From the NCBI GenBank assembly GCA_002698665.1, contig NZZP01000012.1:689-64688 (forward strand): a stretch of 64,000 bases of DNA, given 5' to 3'. The stretch's first letter is position 1; every line of letters starts with the position of its first letter. The stretch comes from Gammaproteobacteria bacterium (GTDB taxonomy: Bacteria > Pseudomonadota > Gammaproteobacteria > GCA-002705445 > GCA-002716945). Both the position numbers and the translations under genes were made by a program. The notes beneath the pieces are model-generated. The model worked only from the letters and a program-made list of their open reading frames with translations. It was not told where the DNA came from and made no database searches. Below are positions 27,639-37,568 of this stretch, piece after piece.

Positions 27639-28547
27639 TTATGTCTCCTTGATAATCTTTTTGGCGCCTTGTTTTATAAAAACATCTGCAAACGTTGCCC
27701 CTATGCCTTCAGCTTCAGTTATATCATTTGTCACTGTCGATTTTATATGCCTTCTACCATCAATTGATGAAACAAACCCTGTTACGTTAACCTTATTATT
27801 CTTAATAGACGCATTTACTCCTATTGGTGACATGCAGTTACCCCCTATTTTCCTGATAAATTGTCTTTCAATATTGGCACAATCCTCAACTTCTTTATGT
27901 GTATATTTATTTATAATTTTTCTAATTTTGTCATTTTTTTTTAAAAACTGAAGACACAAAATACCTTGCCCTGCCGATGGCGTAAAAATATTTAGCGGCA
28001 AATATTCTTTTATCAAACCTTCTAGAGACATTCTATGCAAGCCAGCTGCGGCTAATATAATTCCATCTATCTCTCCTTCTTTTATTTTAGACATCCTTGT
28101 TTGAATATTTCCTCTTATAGTCACTATTCTAATATCTTTGTATAAGTTTTTGATTTGAGCTATACGTCTTGGGCTAGATGTCCCTATAAGTGCATTTTTA
28201 GGCAAATCCTTTATGGTTTTATACTTATTTGATACAAATACATCTAATGGGTTTTCTCTACTCAAGATAGTTGCGATTTCAAATTTATTACTCATTACTG
28301 CGGGTACGTCTTTTAATGAGTGAACTGCTACATCAGCTGTTTTATTCAGAAGTGATTCTTCTAGTTCTTTCAAAAACAACCCCTTGCCTCCATGATCTTT
28401 AAATTTCTTTTCTGTATAAGTATCACCAGATGAATTCATCGGTATTAATTCAATCTTGCCCTCGTTCTTTAATAAACTCTCAGCTAATTTTGCCTGCTGT
28501 AGAGCCAGTGGACTTTTCCTTGTAGCTATTCTAATTAAATTCTTCAT
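27639..28547 (-). CDS. hemC: porphobilinogen deaminase (hydroxymethylbilane synthase)
   Basis: 302 aa. N-terminus IRIATRKSPLALQQA is characteristic of HemC. Confidence 0.93.
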   Translation of the reverse strand: MKNLIRIATRKSPLALQQAKLAESLLKNEGKIELIPMNSSGDTYTEKKFKDHGGKGLFLKELEESLLNKTADVAVHSLKDVPAVMSNKFEIATILSRENPLDVFVSNKYKTIKDLPKNALIGTSSPRRIAQIKNLYKDIRIVTIRGNIQTRMSKIKEGEIDGIILAAAGLHRMSLEGLIKEYLPLNIFTPSAGQGILCLQFLKKNDKIRKIINKYTHKEVEDCANIERQFIRKIGGNCMSPIGVNASIKNNKVNVTGFVSSIDGRRHIKSTVTNDITEAEGIGATFADVFIKQGAKKIIKET

Positions 28548-28619
28548 ATTTATAATTTTTTGTATTTATTTATACTATACTTACAAATAATTAATGTAAT
28601 TAAAAAAATATCTAAAATA

Positions 28620-29999
28620 ATGAAAAATACTACTTGGTCAGGCAGATTTAATAAACAAATGGATACAGAGGTTCTTGAGTTTAGCCAAAGCCTCAGTGTG
28701 GACATTGTTTTATATGAGACTGATATTGCTGTTACGATTGCCCATATTGAAATGTTGTTTAAATGTGGACATATTAAGAAAAATGAATGCGTAAAAATAA
28801 TTTCAGGATTAAAGAAAGTTTTAAAGCAGGCTGAGACAGGCAGGCTCAAGTGGAATATAGCTTTTGAAGATGTTCATATGAATATCGAAAACGCACTCGT
28901 CAAGATAATAGGTGATTTAGGTAAGAAAATACATCTCGGTAGATCGAGAAATGATCTTGTTGCAACTGATTTAAGAATATATTTAAGAGAGTTTGTTGAT
29001 ATTTACCTGTCGAAGCTAAGGGAGATTCAGGTGGTTTTAGCACATATGTCTAAAGAACACTCAAAGTCACTATTTCCTGGATATACACACCTTCAGGTAG
29101 CACAACCAGTAACCTTTGGTCATCATCTACTAGCGTGGTGTGAAATGCTTTATAGGGATGAGCTTAGATTGTTAAGTTTTAGGAAGTTGCTTAATATCAT
29201 GCCGCTGGGCTCGGCAGCATTATCTGGCACTTCTTTAAAGATTGATAGAGAATTTGTTGCAAAAAAACTTGGGTTTGACAGTGTCACAAATAATTCCATG
29301 GATGCAGTTAGCGATAGGGACTTTGTTTGTGACTTTGCGTATGCAAATTCTATGATAATGATGCACCTATCAAGAATTAGCGAGGAGCTAGTATTATGGA
29401 TGAGTCCTCAGATAAACCTAGTTTCATTAGATGAAAGTTTTTGTACTGGGTCATCCATAATGCCACAAAAGAAAAACCCTGATGTGCCTGAATTGATTCG
29501 TGGGAAAACTGGCTCAGTCTATGGAGCATTGATTGGCATGCTCACACTCATGAAGGGTTTGCCTCTGACATATAATAGGGATATGCAAGAAGATAAGAGT
29601 ATGATTTTTGAATCTGTTGATACTACATTAAGTTGTCTTGCCTTGATGCCTAGATTAATATCCACGCTTAAGCTTAATAGTAAAAATGCTGAATTAGTCG
29701 CAAGCAGTTCATTTTCTAATGCGACAGATTTAGCAGAATATCTCTCTAAGAAAGGCATGGCATTCAGAGAAGCCCATCACATCGTAGGCAAGATAGTAAA
29801 ATTATGCGAAAAAAAATCAGTAGATATATTAGAATTATCACTAGCAGACCTTCAAAAATATTCAAGCATGATAGATGCAGATATCTTTGATATTATCAGG
29901 CCAGAAATGTGCATCGCATCAAGAGAAGGTGATGGTGGAACTTCTCCAAAGTCTGTAGTAAAAAAAGCAAATGCTATACTTAGAAGGCTTAGAAAATGA
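28620..29999 (+). CDS. argH: argininosuccinate lyase
   Basis: Start trimmed to MKNTTWSGRF, matching the ArgH N-terminus M..WGGRF. Fumarate-lyase signature GSS.MPQKKNPD is present. The track ORF begins 60 nt upstream. Confidence 0.93.
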   Translation: MKNTTWSGRFNKQMDTEVLEFSQSLSVDIVLYETDIAVTIAHIEMLFKCGHIKKNECVKIISGLKKVLKQAETGRLKWNIAFEDVHMNIENALVKIIGDLGKKIHLGRSRNDLVATDLRIYLREFVDIYLSKLREIQVVLAHMSKEHSKSLFPGYTHLQVAQPVTFGHHLLAWCEMLYRDELRLLSFRKLLNIMPLGSAALSGTSLKIDREFVAKKLGFDSVTNNSMDAVSDRDFVCDFAYANSMIMMHLSRISEELVLWMSPQINLVSLDESFCTGSSIMPQKKNPDVPELIRGKTGSVYGALIGMLTLMKGLPLTYNRDMQEDKSMIFESVDTTLSCLALMPRLISTLKLNSKNAELVASSSFSNATDLAEYLSKKGMAFREAHHIVGKIVKLCEKKSVDILELSLADLQKYSSMIDADIFDIIRPEMCIASREGDGGTSPKSVVKKANAILRRLRK

Positions 30000-30364
30000 A
30001 ACATGCAATAGAAATGAGAACGATAGTTATCTTAATCTCTTTGTTCTATGCATCGTTGTTGCCTGCAGACACTCCATCTGTGGTCGACTATCAAAAGAGA
30101 TCAGACGAAAACAAATTTGACTCATATATTTATGGCCTTTCTAGCGGTATGGACTGGCTCAACGAACAAATTTACACTAGTCACTCCATTGAGGTATATT
30201 GCAAACCTCGAGACTTAGATCTTTCAGCAAAAGATCTAAAAAGACTCATAGACAGCGAACTAATAGACAACAAATCTTTCTACGATAAATACAATTATGC
30301 TCCTTTATTGGGTCTTGCACTCAGAAATGCTTACTTATCAAACTTTCCATGTGCCGCAAATTAG
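29996..30364 (+). CDS. hypothetical small secreted/periplasmic protein
   Basis: 122-aa ORF whose ATG overlaps the argH stop (ATGA). N-terminal signal-peptide-like segment (MRTIVILISLFYASLLPA); two Cys (YCKP and C-terminal FPCAAN). No family recognised. Confidence 0.5.
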   Translation: MKHAIEMRTIVILISLFYASLLPADTPSVVDYQKRSDENKFDSYIYGLSSGMDWLNEQIYTSHSIEVYCKPRDLDLSAKDLKRLIDSELIDNKSFYDKYNYAPLLGLALRNAYLSNFPCAAN

Positions 30365-30423
30365 CTTATAATTTATCTGTTGAGCTACTAAAATAGCCAG
30401 CATAGTAACAAAGGAGAGTAATC

Positions 30424-30780
30424 ATGGCAGAACACCCAAAACCACAAGGCGATGATATCATATTGCCAGATGGAACAGTAGTTGGCACTTGGAATGGAGA
30501 AGATGTTAAAGATCTTCAGGTAGAGGTGCAAAGAATAATTAAGGAGCAAAAAGCTAGTGGAGCTGACCGCAACAATTTGTTAATCAGGTTTGGAATTCCA
30601 CACTTTGATCAAACACCTGACCATTTAAAACCATTCATAGCATATGCGCTATGGGGAGTTGATAAAAAAGGTATGTGTCTAACTCATAGACGAGCTGACC
30701 ATTTTGAATCTGTTGAGAAAATCAACGAGAAATATGGTAGTGAAACAGCAATTGCTGCTGCTCAAAGACATAGGGAATAA
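30424..30780 (+). CDS. hypothetical protein
   Basis: 118-aa ORF preceded by a strong Shine-Dalgarno AAAGGAGAG 5-6 nt upstream of ATG. Its G+C (~40%) is higher than surroundings and it is followed by a hairpin terminator. No family recognised. Confidence 0.55.
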   Translation: MAEHPKPQGDDIILPDGTVVGTWNGEDVKDLQVEVQRIIKEQKASGADRNNLLIRFGIPHFDQTPDHLKPFIAYALWGVDKKGMCLTHRRADHFESVEKINEKYGSETAIAAAQRHRE

Positions 30781-30790
30781 ACCTTATAAT

Positions 30791-30822
30791 AGGCCCATTA
30801 ATTTGGGCCTATTCAATAAAAT
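30791..30822. terminator. probable bidirectional intrinsic terminator
   Basis: Stem AGGCCCA (30791-97) / TGGGCCT (30804-10) with a 6-nt loop, flanked by A/T-rich sequence between convergent genes. Confidence 0.5.
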
Positions 30823-31456
30823 TATTTAATATCCAATCTGTTAATCCATTTGTTACATCTTTCGTAACAGTGTGACCAAAGTCTCCAGTGCAAGTATGGA
30901 TAGCTGTTTGCTTGTCATTCAAAAACTCATATGATCTCTCATAGGATTCAAAAGAAATTGCGTTATCTTCTGTCCCATGGGACATAAAAATTTTATTACA
31001 TCTGATATCGTTACTCATAAATTCTTTAGCACATGGCATGTACCCAGAAAGTGCAATACAGCCTGATATATCTATCTCTTTTTGAAAGCATAGTCCCAAA
31101 GAAAGTGCTGCGCCCTGTGAAAATCCACCAACAAGCAATTTACTTTCAGATTTAATTCCCACTTGCACCATGAATTCAACTATTTCTGACATTGCGGCTT
31201 TAAAACCAGCAAAGTCTTCATGTACCTCACTATTATCATTTGTAGTCGTTGGTAGGGGATACCAAGATCTTTTATTATCAATCATTTTGGCGTTAGGCAT
31301 GACAATATACATATCATCATTGACATTCATGTTAACTAGCTTAAGCATGGGTTCAAACGACCAGTTATTTGACCCATAACCATGGAACCATATCATGAAC
31401 AATTTAGCTTTATTCTTATCACCAATTGTTATTAAATCTTTATTAAAACTCATCAT
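30809..31456 (-). CDS. phospholipase/carboxylesterase family alpha/beta hydrolase
   Basis: 215 aa with the GFSQG nucleophile elbow, a WFHGYG oxyanion-region motif and a C-terminal DFGH. Confidence 0.75.
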   Translation of the reverse strand: MMSFNKDLITIGDKNKAKLFMIWFHGYGSNNWSFEPMLKLVNMNVNDDMYIVMPNAKMIDNKRSWYPLPTTTNDNSEVHEDFAGFKAAMSEIVEFMVQVGIKSESKLLVGGFSQGAALSLGLCFQKEIDISGCIALSGYMPCAKEFMSNDIRCNKIFMSHGTEDNAISFESYERSYEFLNDKQTAIHTCTGDFGHTVTKDVTNGLTDWILNNFIE

Positions 31457-31544
31457 AAGCTAGTAGACTATAGATATTATGACTATAATGTTACATATGC
31501 TACACGTCACAGACCATTATCACAACAGATTATATCTAAGTATT

Positions 31545-31649
31545 ATGCTCGTTGTATTATGTTTGTTCATATCTTCATGCGGCAACAAAGGCGCATTAAC
31601 TTTACCAGCAGAACAACAACAGATAACGGACCAATCGAATAATAATTAA
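31545..31649 (+). CDS. lptM: small lipoprotein, LptM/LppL-like (YifL family)
   Basis: Hand-translated 34-aa ORF MLVVLCLFISSCGNKGALTLPAEQQQITDQSNNN*. It has a lipobox ISSC and a CG.KG.L.LP motif, immediately upstream of lysA-dapF-xerC as in Pseudomonas and E. coli. Too short for the ORF track. Confidence 0.55.
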   Translation: MLVVLCLFISSCGNKGALTLPAEQQQITDQSNNN

Positions 31650-31657
31650 AGCGTACC

Positions 31658-32914
31658 ATGTCTATTTCGTATAATAATAACTTCTTACATTTCGACAATA
31701 TCAATTTGAAACAATTTTCAGAAGAATCACTAACACCTTACTATCTATATTCTGAATCTTTAATTACAGATAATTTTAATACATATGTAGATAGCTTAAG
31801 AGAATTCAATCACTTGATATGCTATTCAGTAAAAGCTAATTCAAATCTTTCAATTCTGTCAATTTTAGCTAAACAGGGGTCAGGCTTTGATATTGTTTCA
31901 GGAGGAGAGCTACAAAAAGTAATAGCTGCTGGCGGTGATACTAAAAAAGTAGTCTTTTCAGGCGTAGGTAAGACAGAAGAAGAAATAAATTATGCACTAG
32001 AAAATGAAATATTGTGTTTCAATATTGAATCCAATGATGAGCTAATAACAATAAATAATCTTGCTAATAAAAAGGGAGTAACTGCCAATGTATCTTTTCG
32101 TGTGAACCCTGAAATTAATGTTGATACGCACCCTTATATAGCCACAGGTATGAAAGATAATAAATTTGGGATTGATGAAAAAACTGTAATTAGTTTGTAT
32201 GATGATGCTTCCAAGCTTGATTCTTTAAAAATTACAGGAATTGACTTTCATATTGGTTCTCAGATTAATAGCACTTCACCATTTATTGATTCTATTAAGA
32301 AAATTAATAATATTGTAACTGTATTAGCTGATAGAAACATACACCTAGAGCATATTGATATAGGTGGTGGCTTAGGTATTTCATATGAATCCAACGCAAA
32401 TTTATTATCTATTAAAAATTTCATTAATGAACTTTCCCCTTTGCTTTCTAAAACCGGCTTAAAAGTTATAGTTGAACCCGGTAGATCAATTGTGGGCAAG
32501 TCTGGGATATTAGTTTCTAAGGTTTTGAATATCAAGTCCACACCTGATAAGATCTTTGTTGTTATTGATGCTGGAATGAATGATTTTATCAGGCCTGCTC
32601 TATATAATGCTGATCATAATATTTTACCAATTGTGTCATATGCATCACAAAAATTTATATGTGATGTCGTCGGCCCAATTTGCGAAACAGCTGATTTCAT
32701 GGGCAAAGATAAAGAACTTTATGTCAAAACAGGAGATTATGTTGCGATTGAGGATGTTGGAGCTTATGGCTTTTCGTTAGCATCAAATTATAACGTACGT
32801 CCTAGACCTGATGAGTATATTATAAATTCAGACACTAAAAGTATTAAAAAAATTAGGGAACGCGAAGATTATAATGATATGGTAAAATCAGAACTAAAGT
32901 TTCTCAAAACCTAA
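31658..32914 (+). CDS. lysA: diaminopimelate decarboxylase
   Basis: 418-aa PLP fold-III decarboxylase (YSVKAN, GGGLGI, EPGR motifs) directly upstream of dapF. Confidence 0.92.
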   Translation: MSISYNNNFLHFDNINLKQFSEESLTPYYLYSESLITDNFNTYVDSLREFNHLICYSVKANSNLSILSILAKQGSGFDIVSGGELQKVIAAGGDTKKVVFSGVGKTEEEINYALENEILCFNIESNDELITINNLANKKGVTANVSFRVNPEINVDTHPYIATGMKDNKFGIDEKTVISLYDDASKLDSLKITGIDFHIGSQINSTSPFIDSIKKINNIVTVLADRNIHLEHIDIGGGLGISYESNANLLSIKNFINELSPLLSKTGLKVIVEPGRSIVGKSGILVSKVLNIKSTPDKIFVVIDAGMNDFIRPALYNADHNILPIVSYASQKFICDVVGPICETADFMGKDKELYVKTGDYVAIEDVGAYGFSLASNYNVRPRPDEYIINSDTKSIKKIREREDYNDMVKSELKFLKT

Positions 32915-32926
32915 TTTCGATATATC

Positions 32927-33811
32927 ATGGAAATACCATTCACTAAAATGAACAGCCAGGGTAATGATTTTATTATTATTGATAACTCATTACGTGAATA
33001 TGAGTTAGATTTGGATTTCATAATAGAAATTTCATCAAGACAGAATATTGGTTGTGATCAGTTGCTTATTGTCTATGTAACAGATGCTCTTAGAATTGAC
33101 TGTGAGATATTTAATCAAGATGGCACACCTGTGAGACAATGCGGCAATGGTCTGCGCGCAGTGATGCTTTATTTACATAAAAAATATGGGTATGTTGATG
33201 TTAAAATATTTGTTAAGGATATTGCATACTTAGGCTGCTACAAAAATGATGAATTTATTACTATTGACATGGGCCAATGTCTCTTCGATCATGATATACC
33301 ACAACATAGCATCGAGAATATTGACATCATTAAAAAAGATCTTTATTTTGATGTATCAATAGATAATAACAACTCATTATTAACTTTTAGTTATTCGCCA
33401 TTATCTATTGGTAACTTTCACTGCGTAGTGTTCTCAAAAGATTCTTTTAAAGAGAAAGAAAAAATATCGTCTGTTTTACAGAATCTTTATAATGACAATG
33501 CAAATATATCTTTTATACTTAATTTCGATGAGTTCATAAAAAAACCATCCAAAAATTTATCAATAAGGGTTAATGAGAGAGGCGCTGGTTGGACAAAGTC
33601 ATGTGGCAGTGGAGCCACTGCTAGTGCTGCCTTTTTAATGCAATTATTTTCTTCCGAGGAATATGGACCGACTATCAGTAAGGTGGTGATTGAGCAGTCC
33701 GGTGGATTGTTAACTGTCGAAAGAAGACAAGTAAAATCTTCACAGCACCTTTTCTTATCTGGTCCCAGTGAACATGAGTATGAGAGTGTCTGGAATGAAA
33801 ACATTACATGA
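32927..33811 (+). CDS. dapF: diaminopimelate epimerase
   Basis: 294 aa. N-terminus FTKM.S.GNDF and the two catalytic Cys motifs (QCGNG, SCGSG). Confidence 0.9.
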   Translation: MEIPFTKMNSQGNDFIIIDNSLREYELDLDFIIEISSRQNIGCDQLLIVYVTDALRIDCEIFNQDGTPVRQCGNGLRAVMLYLHKKYGYVDVKIFVKDIAYLGCYKNDEFITIDMGQCLFDHDIPQHSIENIDIIKKDLYFDVSIDNNNSLLTFSYSPLSIGNFHCVVFSKDSFKEKEKISSVLQNLYNDNANISFILNFDEFIKKPSKNLSIRVNERGAGWTKSCGSGATASAAFLMQLFSSEEYGPTISKVVIEQSGGLLTVERRQVKSSQHLFLSGPSEHEYESVWNENIT

Positions 33812-34688
33812 TCTAGTTGCGTTATACCTTCACTATATCAATTATGAAAAAAGATATAGTAAAAAAACATATTTGAATTATAAGCTAGATTTAGAGAAAT
33901 TTATTTCTCATTTAATTAAAATTAAAATAAATAATATTAACTCTATAACCCCTGATAATATTCAGCAGTACATTAACTCTCTTAATAGGCAGGGATTATC
34001 ATCAAGTTCACTTTCTCGTAAAGCTTCATCTGTCAGATCATTTTTTTTATTTTTAACCAGAAAGAAATTATTAACAATTAATCCTTCTAGAAATATACTA
34101 ACGCCTAAGATAAATAATAAGCTCCCAAATGTGTTAACTGTTGCAGAAATCAATCAATTATGTTCCATTCCTAGTTTAACATACTCGTCTAAACGTGATC
34201 TAGCAATGATTGAACTTATGTATAGCTCAGGCTTAAGGCTTAGTGAAACAACTTCTTTAAACATCAAGTCTCTTAATATTTCAGACGGAATTCTATCTGT
34301 GGTAGGCAAAGGCAATAAACAACGATACCTTCCAATTGGCAGGCATGCAATTAAGGCACTTAAGATTTGGCTTGATGTCAGATCGACGAAATATGAAAAC
34401 GAGAATGCTCTTTTCTTGAATAAATATGGTAAAAGACTCTCTAATAGGGCAGTTCAACAACGAATTGATTATTGGGTCAAACACTTAGGGCTAAACTCCA
34501 AGGTAAGCCCGCACACTCTCAGACACTCTTGCGCCACACACTTGTTAGAGTCTTCAGGTGATTTAAGAGCTGTTCAGGAATTTCTTGGTCATGAAGATAT
34601 TAGCACCACCCAGATTTATACAAGTATAGATTTTGAACACTTAAAAAACATCTATAAGAATACTCACCCACGTGAAAAGATTAAATAG
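33795..34688 (+). CDS. xerC: tyrosine recombinase XerC
   Basis: C-terminal catalytic motifs LRHS.ATHLL...LGH...TTQIYT. Chromosomal position after dapF. Start trimmed to MKTLHDLV (the track ORF begins at 33768). Confidence 0.88.
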   Translation: MKTLHDLVALYLHYINYEKRYSKKTYLNYKLDLEKFISHLIKIKINNINSITPDNIQQYINSLNRQGLSSSSLSRKASSVRSFFLFLTRKKLLTINPSRNILTPKINNKLPNVLTVAEINQLCSIPSLTYSSKRDLAMIELMYSSGLRLSETTSLNIKSLNISDGILSVVGKGNKQRYLPIGRHAIKALKIWLDVRSTKYENENALFLNKYGKRLSNRAVQQRIDYWVKHLGLNSKVSPHTLRHSCATHLLESSGDLRAVQEFLGHEDISTTQIYTSIDFEHLKNIYKNTHPREKIK

Positions 34689-34741
34689 ACTACTTGTGTT
34701 GAATCTGAGTGAAATATTTTTTATAAGAATATATAATAATC

Positions 34742-35101
34742 TTGATGATTAAACCTACTGAAATTAGATATATTAGGAAAACTAATACAGTTTCTCTGAC
34801 ATTTGAAGATGGGCTTAGCGCTAACCTTACTACTGAGTATTTAAGGTGTTTTTCTCCATCAGCAGAAGTAAAGGGTCATGGTCCAGGCCAGGAAAAACTG
34901 CAAAAAGGTAAAGAGAATGTCGGGCTTGATAAAATAGAACCAGTAGGAAATTATGCAGTAAAACTAATTTTTGATGATGGTCATAATACAGGGCTTTATT
35001 CCTGGGAATACTTATATGAGTTATGTAAAAACTATCAGCAAAACTGGCATAATTATCTAGAGAGACTGGCTCAAGATGGGTATATTAGAAAAAAACCATG
35101 A
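34742..35101 (+). CDS. DUF971 family protein (gamma-butyrobetaine hydroxylase-like N-terminal domain)
   Basis: 119 aa with the typical pattern I.....L.F.DG......YLR..CPCA.C-like region (here ...EYLRCFSPSAEV...). Confidence 0.55.
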   Translation: MMIKPTEIRYIRKTNTVSLTFEDGLSANLTTEYLRCFSPSAEVKGHGPGQEKLQKGKENVGLDKIEPVGNYAVKLIFDDGHNTGLYSWEYLYELCKNYQQNWHNYLERLAQDGYIRKKP

Positions 35102-35487
35102 CTAGGAAAAAAATCATATCAACCGCAAAAGCGCCTTCTGCTATTGGTGCATACTCTCAAGCTGTTAAAGCCAATGGATTCTTGTTTATATCTGGACAGA
35201 TTCCTTTAGTGCCAGAATCTATGGAGGTATTAAATGGAACATTTGAGCAACAAGTAAATCTTGTTCTTAACAACCTCAAAGAAATTATCGAAGAATCAGG
35301 GTCTTCTCTTGGAGACATAGTAAAAATAAATGTTTATTTGAAAGATTTGTCAAATTTTGATCAGGTAAATCAGTGTATGGAAAAATTTTTCGAAAAGCCT
35401 TTTCCGGCTAGAGCAGCTGTAGAAGTAAGTGGACTACCTAAAGATGCTGAGATAGAAATGGATGCAATTGTTCTATCTGATGATTAA
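35098..35487 (+). CDS. ridA: RidA family reactive enamine/imine deaminase
   Basis: 129-aa YjgF/TdcF family protein (AP.AIGAYSQAV...FISGQ; C-terminal PARAAVEV). Confidence 0.9.
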   Translation: MTRKKIISTAKAPSAIGAYSQAVKANGFLFISGQIPLVPESMEVLNGTFEQQVNLVLNNLKEIIEESGSSLGDIVKINVYLKDLSNFDQVNQCMEKFFEKPFPARAAVEVSGLPKDAEIEMDAIVLSDD

Positions 35488-35492
35488 AACAT

Positions 35493-37568
35493 ATGTCTCT
35501 TCCCGTTAAACTAGATGATAATTACTTAGAAAGTTTACCAGGACTAGGTCCAGCCTTTAAAAAAAAATTATTCAGCATTGGAATTAAGAGAATCAGTGAT
35601 TTGATACTTTTTCTGCCTGCATTTTTAATTGATAAAACTAAATTAACTGACTTAAATCAAACAATAAATGGTGACAAGTGTCTATTTATTGGTGTGATAA
35701 AAAAAATTGTTCAAACTAAATCTTCAAGACGTAACCTCATTCTTACTGTTCATGTTGGAGATACATCCGTACAAATTAGATTTCTCCATAAAATTGTAAT
35801 TTACTCACATTTAAAAATTGATATGAATGTTAGAGTGACTGGTATAGCTAGACTCAAAGGCAAGGTTATTGAATTTATACACCCTGAAATAGAAGTACTC
35901 AGTGGAAAAAATAAAATGGAGAGTGTTGTTCCATACTATAAAACAAAGAGAATTATTTCTCAAAATAAAATAAGGAAGTTCATTAAATTTGCTTTTGATT
36001 ATATTAATATAAAGAAGAATGTAGATGTTTTCTCAAACAAGGTCCTTAATGATTTAAACCTACCTCATTATTTAGATGCTCTAAAGTATTGCCACTTCCC
36101 GTCATCTGATGACTACGACAAATCAAATAATCTATTTATCCAGGCTAAAAGAAGATTTATTATAGAAGAAATAATTACTCACAAATTAATATTATATGAT
36201 GCCAAAAAATCTATGGAGATGTTGAATGCATTTCCTTTTGAGATTAATTGTCCATCTATTGATAAGCTTATACATGATTTACCTTTCGAATTAACTCCAT
36301 CACAAGATATTGCCATAAGTGATTTAAAGCAAAGCCTTATAAAATCTTTTCCCACTAAAAGATTAATTCAAGGTGATGTTGGCTCTGGTAAGACAATTAT
36401 TGCAATCCTTGCTTGTTATATGGCAAAGATTTCTGGTTTACAAGCAGCAGTTCTTGTACCAACTGAAATACTTGCAGATCAACATTATATTTCTTTTTGT
36501 AATATACTTAAAGGACTTGAATTAAATATTGTTTGTTTAAAAGGTAACTTATCTAACAAAACTAAAACTAGCCTATTAAACTCTTTGTCTGACGGTTCAG
36601 TTGATATTGTTATAGGCACTCATGCATTAATACATGGCCAAACTAAATTCAAAAAATTAGGAATTATTATAGTTGATGAACAACACAAATTTGGTATAAA
36701 CCAAAGAAATACTTTAAATCAAAAACATCAGGCAGGAAATTATCATCCACATGAAGTATATTTGTCTGCGACACCCATACCCAGGTCTCTATCTCTAGTG
36801 TTGTATGAGGGACTAGATTATTCATTAATTAAAGATTTACCTAAAGATAGAAGGCAAATTATAACAAGAATATTTGACAGTACTAATAGAAAGACTTTAT
36901 ATAATGATATAACTAAGCTTTTACAGAAAGGTGATCAAATATATTGGGTATGCCCATGTATTGATGTCAGTGAAAATCTAGAGTTAGAATATGTCCGAGG
37001 TGTGCATGAATCTTTAAAAAAAATATTCAATAACACTGCTATTAAGATGTTACATGGAAGACTAGAATCATCAGACAATAAAGCAACAATGAAATCATTT
37101 ATGTCTGGAGAAACTAGCATTCTAGTTGCAACATCAATGATAGAAGTTGGTGTTGATATTCCTAATGCAACTTGCATGGTTATAGAAAATCCTGAAAGAT
37201 TTGGTCTCTCGCAACTTCATCAACTTAGAGGTCGTGTCGGAAGGAGTAACAAACAGAGTTATTGTTTTCTTGCTAAGACCAAAACACTGAGCGAGAATGC
37301 ATTCAATAGGATAAAGTTACTCACACACTATACTAATGGTTTTGATATTGCAGAACAAGATCTTAAATTAAGAGGAAGTGGCGATTATCTAGGGGAAAAG
37401 CAGTCTGGTGTAGCGCAAAATTTTAAATTAGCTACATCAGACGATGCTATTAGAAACTATGATATCATATGTAAATCACTGTCTACCATTAATCTAATAG
37501 ATAATAATGGCAAGAGGAAACTTAAAAGAAGGTGGGGATTAAATATAATAGAAGATATAAAACTTTAA
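35493..37568 (+). CDS. recG: ATP-dependent DNA helicase RecG
   Basis: 691 aa with N-terminal wedge region, helicase motifs GDVGSGKT, DEQH and QLRGRVGR. Confidence 0.94.
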   Translation: MSLPVKLDDNYLESLPGLGPAFKKKLFSIGIKRISDLILFLPAFLIDKTKLTDLNQTINGDKCLFIGVIKKIVQTKSSRRNLILTVHVGDTSVQIRFLHKIVIYSHLKIDMNVRVTGIARLKGKVIEFIHPEIEVLSGKNKMESVVPYYKTKRIISQNKIRKFIKFAFDYINIKKNVDVFSNKVLNDLNLPHYLDALKYCHFPSSDDYDKSNNLFIQAKRRFIIEEIITHKLILYDAKKSMEMLNAFPFEINCPSIDKLIHDLPFELTPSQDIAISDLKQSLIKSFPTKRLIQGDVGSGKTIIAILACYMAKISGLQAAVLVPTEILADQHYISFCNILKGLELNIVCLKGNLSNKTKTSLLNSLSDGSVDIVIGTHALIHGQTKFKKLGIIIVDEQHKFGINQRNTLNQKHQAGNYHPHEVYLSATPIPRSLSLVLYEGLDYSLIKDLPKDRRQIITRIFDSTNRKTLYNDITKLLQKGDQIYWVCPCIDVSENLELEYVRGVHESLKKIFNNTAIKMLHGRLESSDNKATMKSFMSGETSILVATSMIEVGVDIPNATCMVIENPERFGLSQLHQLRGRVGRSNKQSYCFLAKTKTLSENAFNRIKLLTHYTNGFDIAEQDLKLRGSGDYLGEKQSGVAQNFKLATSDDAIRNYDIICKSLSTINLIDNNGKRKLKRRWGLNIIEDIKL

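Noticed and set aside
33768-34688. Tyrosine recombinase that could be a phage/island integrase
   Set aside because: Its position after lptM-lysA-dapF and its XerC-type C-terminal motifs identify it as the chromosomal dimer-resolution recombinase XerC. No flanking phage genes or tRNA are present.
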